From: Chlorokybus atmophyticus
Lineage: Eukaryota; Plantae; Mesostigma and Chlorokybus algae
Assembly: GCA_009103225.1 (NCBI GenBank)
Contig: RHPI01001037.1
Location: 62,001-126,000, forward strand
Direction of reading: 5' to 3'
Length of the DNA: 64,000 nucleotides
The position numbers and the translations under genes were made by a program. This document shows positions 61,451 to 64,000 of the stretch, in pieces. Positions within the stretch are counted from its first letter, which is position 1; every line of letters begins with the position of its first letter. Under the pieces are notes generated by a model, which worked only from the letters and a program-made list of their open reading frames with translations, made no database searches and was not told the origin of the DNA.

Positions 61451-62899
61451 TCATTAACTGGCACGCTTCACAGACAGCACTTTTGTCTGCTCACACTGAG
61501 GTCAGTCAGTTTCACCAAGTGAGTGTGTTGCACACGCATGCTTTCCCTCCTCGCTTGTCAACTGATGCTGCAGCTTGTACATACATTGAGGTGGCCCTGC
61601 GCACTGTGACGCCTCAATCTCTCGCTTCAACATATTGGTTGGAGGCATACTGCAAGTGTATGTGCAGTACAAAAATGCAGCTTGTGAACTGCCGTGTGTA
61701 CATCACAATAAGACGCATGATGTGGGTGATGCTATAGTCCGCTGGGGCTGTGCATCAAGAAGTTTCAATGTGTGCAGTGTCTGATGCAGCAACGCCAATT
61801 GTCTGCTGACATGTGCACCAATCACAACTTGATTTTATGTCTTGAGATAGGCGCCAGATGCACAAGTGAAGATGGCAACGTGGTACCAACTTGTCGTGAT
61901 ACCTTGGAATAGGCGACAGGTGCTAGAATGACTTGGACATCATGAGACATTGAACATATCGTCACCATGCATGAGATGGCGCAGCAACATGTCAGAAAGC
62001 ATTTTACAAGTGCAACTGAATCCCTCGTATTTATGGTGTCGGGCTGGGTGTCCTCGAGGGAAAAGTGGACTCGAGCAGGCTGTCCAGGGTGTAGGCTGTA
62101 AGGTCGTTGTGACACCGATGGTGCTTAAGGGTGACAATATCTGCAAGTCGAGGGCGAAAGTAGACCTGCCCTACTGTGAAACATAAAGCCAGAGCACCAT
62201 GGAGTGCTGCATGCGGTAGTGTGAGGTAGCTATGTGCCCGTAACTAGTGTACATGCCCATATGCCCAAGTTAACAAGCCACTACTAGAGGTAGTGCTGTA
62301 TCTCACAGACTTTACCTGAGCGGATGGATATTCTAACGGATAAGTGAGGTGAACGAACACGCAATCACGTGGATGCTATGCTCTGATTAAGGCTGTAAAC
62401 ACATTGCGGCAAGGCATGAAGTATCTCACAAGCGATGCAAGGCGATGTGCACACGAACATGCACACTTTCTCACATGATCAGGGTTTTTTGACAACCGGG
62501 GCGGCAAGTCCACAGCTCAGTCGTCACTCTCTGTATCTCTATTCTAGAGTTTTCACTCACAGTGTCACCAAGTCATCAGTAAAGCAAACTGCTACTTACA
62601 CAAGGCTATTGAGTCAAGGCACATCTATCCAGCAATAGTTCCAACAATGGTAACGGCTATTGACATGACATGGACAAAGCAATATGTCAAGTCTCAATTT
62701 AGCCGAATTGACTTTTAACTGGTCATCGATTGTGAGTTACCTACAAGTGGTGTACTATGGAGCAGTGCCATTGGGTACCTACGAGTCATAGCTACAGCAT
62801 ACGCCAGTAGCCAGGGCAGCGCGTCGGCTGTAGTCATACACGAAGGAGTGGAGCAGTCGTGACATTCAGCAAGAGCTTTTTTGTTGACATTGATGACAT

Positions 62900-64000
62900 G
62901 CTGACTTCTCCATGAGTCTTGCCTCCACAAGTCTTTGCAGCGCTGGTCCATCAAGTCTTCCTCCCAGCTTGGAAGGCTTGTACCGGCGCCGAAACACGGG
63001 CTCATCGTCAACCAGCTCAATGTCCATCTAGTACACCGAGCACTTGCCCAGTTCCTTGAGGTAAAAACTGAATTGTTGTCTCCACTTGTTCGGCAGAGTC
63101 TCTACCTTCTCCTTGATGTCTCCTGTAGCCAGCGGTCCCATGGCGTGGTCGCAAGATGTTGCTGTAGCTGTGACAGGCAACTTCTTGGAGAAGATAGTCT
63201 TCCAGCGTAACTGCCGCCTGTTCCTCCATGAAGGCTGTCTTCATGGCAGTGTAGGCTTGAACGGTGTTCTGTGGGCGATCAGCATACCCTTCAGACATGT
63301 GCTTCAAATCCGCGAAGGTCACATGTCTGTCCAAGGTCAATAAATGCATCTCCAGAAGCCACACCATGCTGTTTTGGTCTATGGCCAAGCCCAGCAAGAC
63401 ACGTTGTTGTCGCTTTGTGAGTGCGCAACCGGTTATGCTACCTGCGTGGAAGCCCATGGCACGCTCGCGTTCCGGAGCATTGGGTTCATCCAATCTGCCA
63501 ATGATGCTGTCGAAGACCATGCCGTCGCCGTTATCGCGGAAGGCATAGGAAGCAGGTTAAGAAACCAGGATCAGTACTGCGCGACGAGGCTGGTCAGATT
63601 AATTGCAGGGTAGAAGTGCTTGTGGTCAGGCTTGATGATCGGTTCAAATGTGCGACCGGGGTCGAGGATGTTATCGACCAACAAGTTGTTGGGTCGTGTG
63701 GCCGAACAGTGGGCCGCCAGACTGAGTTCTTCCATGGTGGCCAGATTGGTCCACATTGGCTCGAACGCAATGGGCGCGTGAGCCATGGCGTGCGGTGTTT
63801 ACCCTTATGGGTGGCCCAAGATGGAACAGACTATACGGAAGTCTTGCTTCTCATTGCCTCGCCTATCGTCGCCAAAGTGCACATTCTCCACGACGTGGAC
63901 TAGAGGCCTGCAAATTTGGTGGTGCTGCAGCAGGTGTATGACTCGCATGAATTCCCAAATTAGACTGGAGCGGGGGTTCTGTAAGCCGCGTTCGGTACCA
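62900..64000 (-). pseudogene. Decayed Ty3/gypsy pol fragment containing a C5 cytosine DNA methyltransferase upstream of the RT lead-in; continues beyond the window edge
   Basis: Minus-strand frames give RGLQNPRSSLIWEFMRV, VVENV (motif VI), NTARHGSRAHCVR..WTNL (motif VIII region), YAFRDNGDGMVFD, EPNAPERERAMGF and LLGLAIDQNSMVWLL (IX/X-like). They continue with DIELVDDEPVFRRRYKPSK/EEDLMDQRCKDL/EARLMEKS, a typical gypsy pre-RT segment. Several frameshifts and stops. Confidence 0.82.

Noticed and set aside
61820-62200. Possible continuation of the DNMT-bearing retroelement (FTVGQVYF..., WYH) resembling integrase-tail or PHD remnants
   Set aside because: The sequence is too degenerate to support a call without an alignment to an intact family member.

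Overview
Intron-rich nuclear DNA of a eukaryote, with short GT-AG introns and roughly 50% GC by eye. The gene set suggests an early-diverging green plant or alga with flagellated stages (inference from HDA15-type HDAC, At1g15060-type hydrolase, chromovirus and a CEP164-type domain). Thirteen host genes were called, mostly in head-to-head pairs: two F-box/WD40 paralogs, a PKD-like repeat protein, CHCHD2/Mix17, an alpha/beta hydrolase, a class 3 lipase, a prokaryote/phage-like putative L,D-transpeptidase-family gene with introns, a CEP164-WW/kinesin-14 locus, FYV7/TAP26, HDA15, EPL1/EPC, p24 and GET3. Three mobile elements were found: a complete but decayed Ty3/gypsy chromovirus (44128-51008, 5-bp TSD), an apparently intact Mutator-like element (51128-56562, 79-bp TIRs), and a decayed Ty3/gypsy fragment carrying a C5 DNA methyltransferase that runs off the right edge. 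The strongest leads are the intronised L,D-transpeptidase-like gene, the retrotransposon-borne DNMT, the possible CEP164-kinesin fusion and the bacterial-style PKD repeat protein. Three N positions (29226, 29562, 51711) mark assembly joins, and two nearby duplications are probably artefacts. All family calls come from recalled motifs, not database searches. Bases 1-3200 and 42700-44100 could not be assigned.
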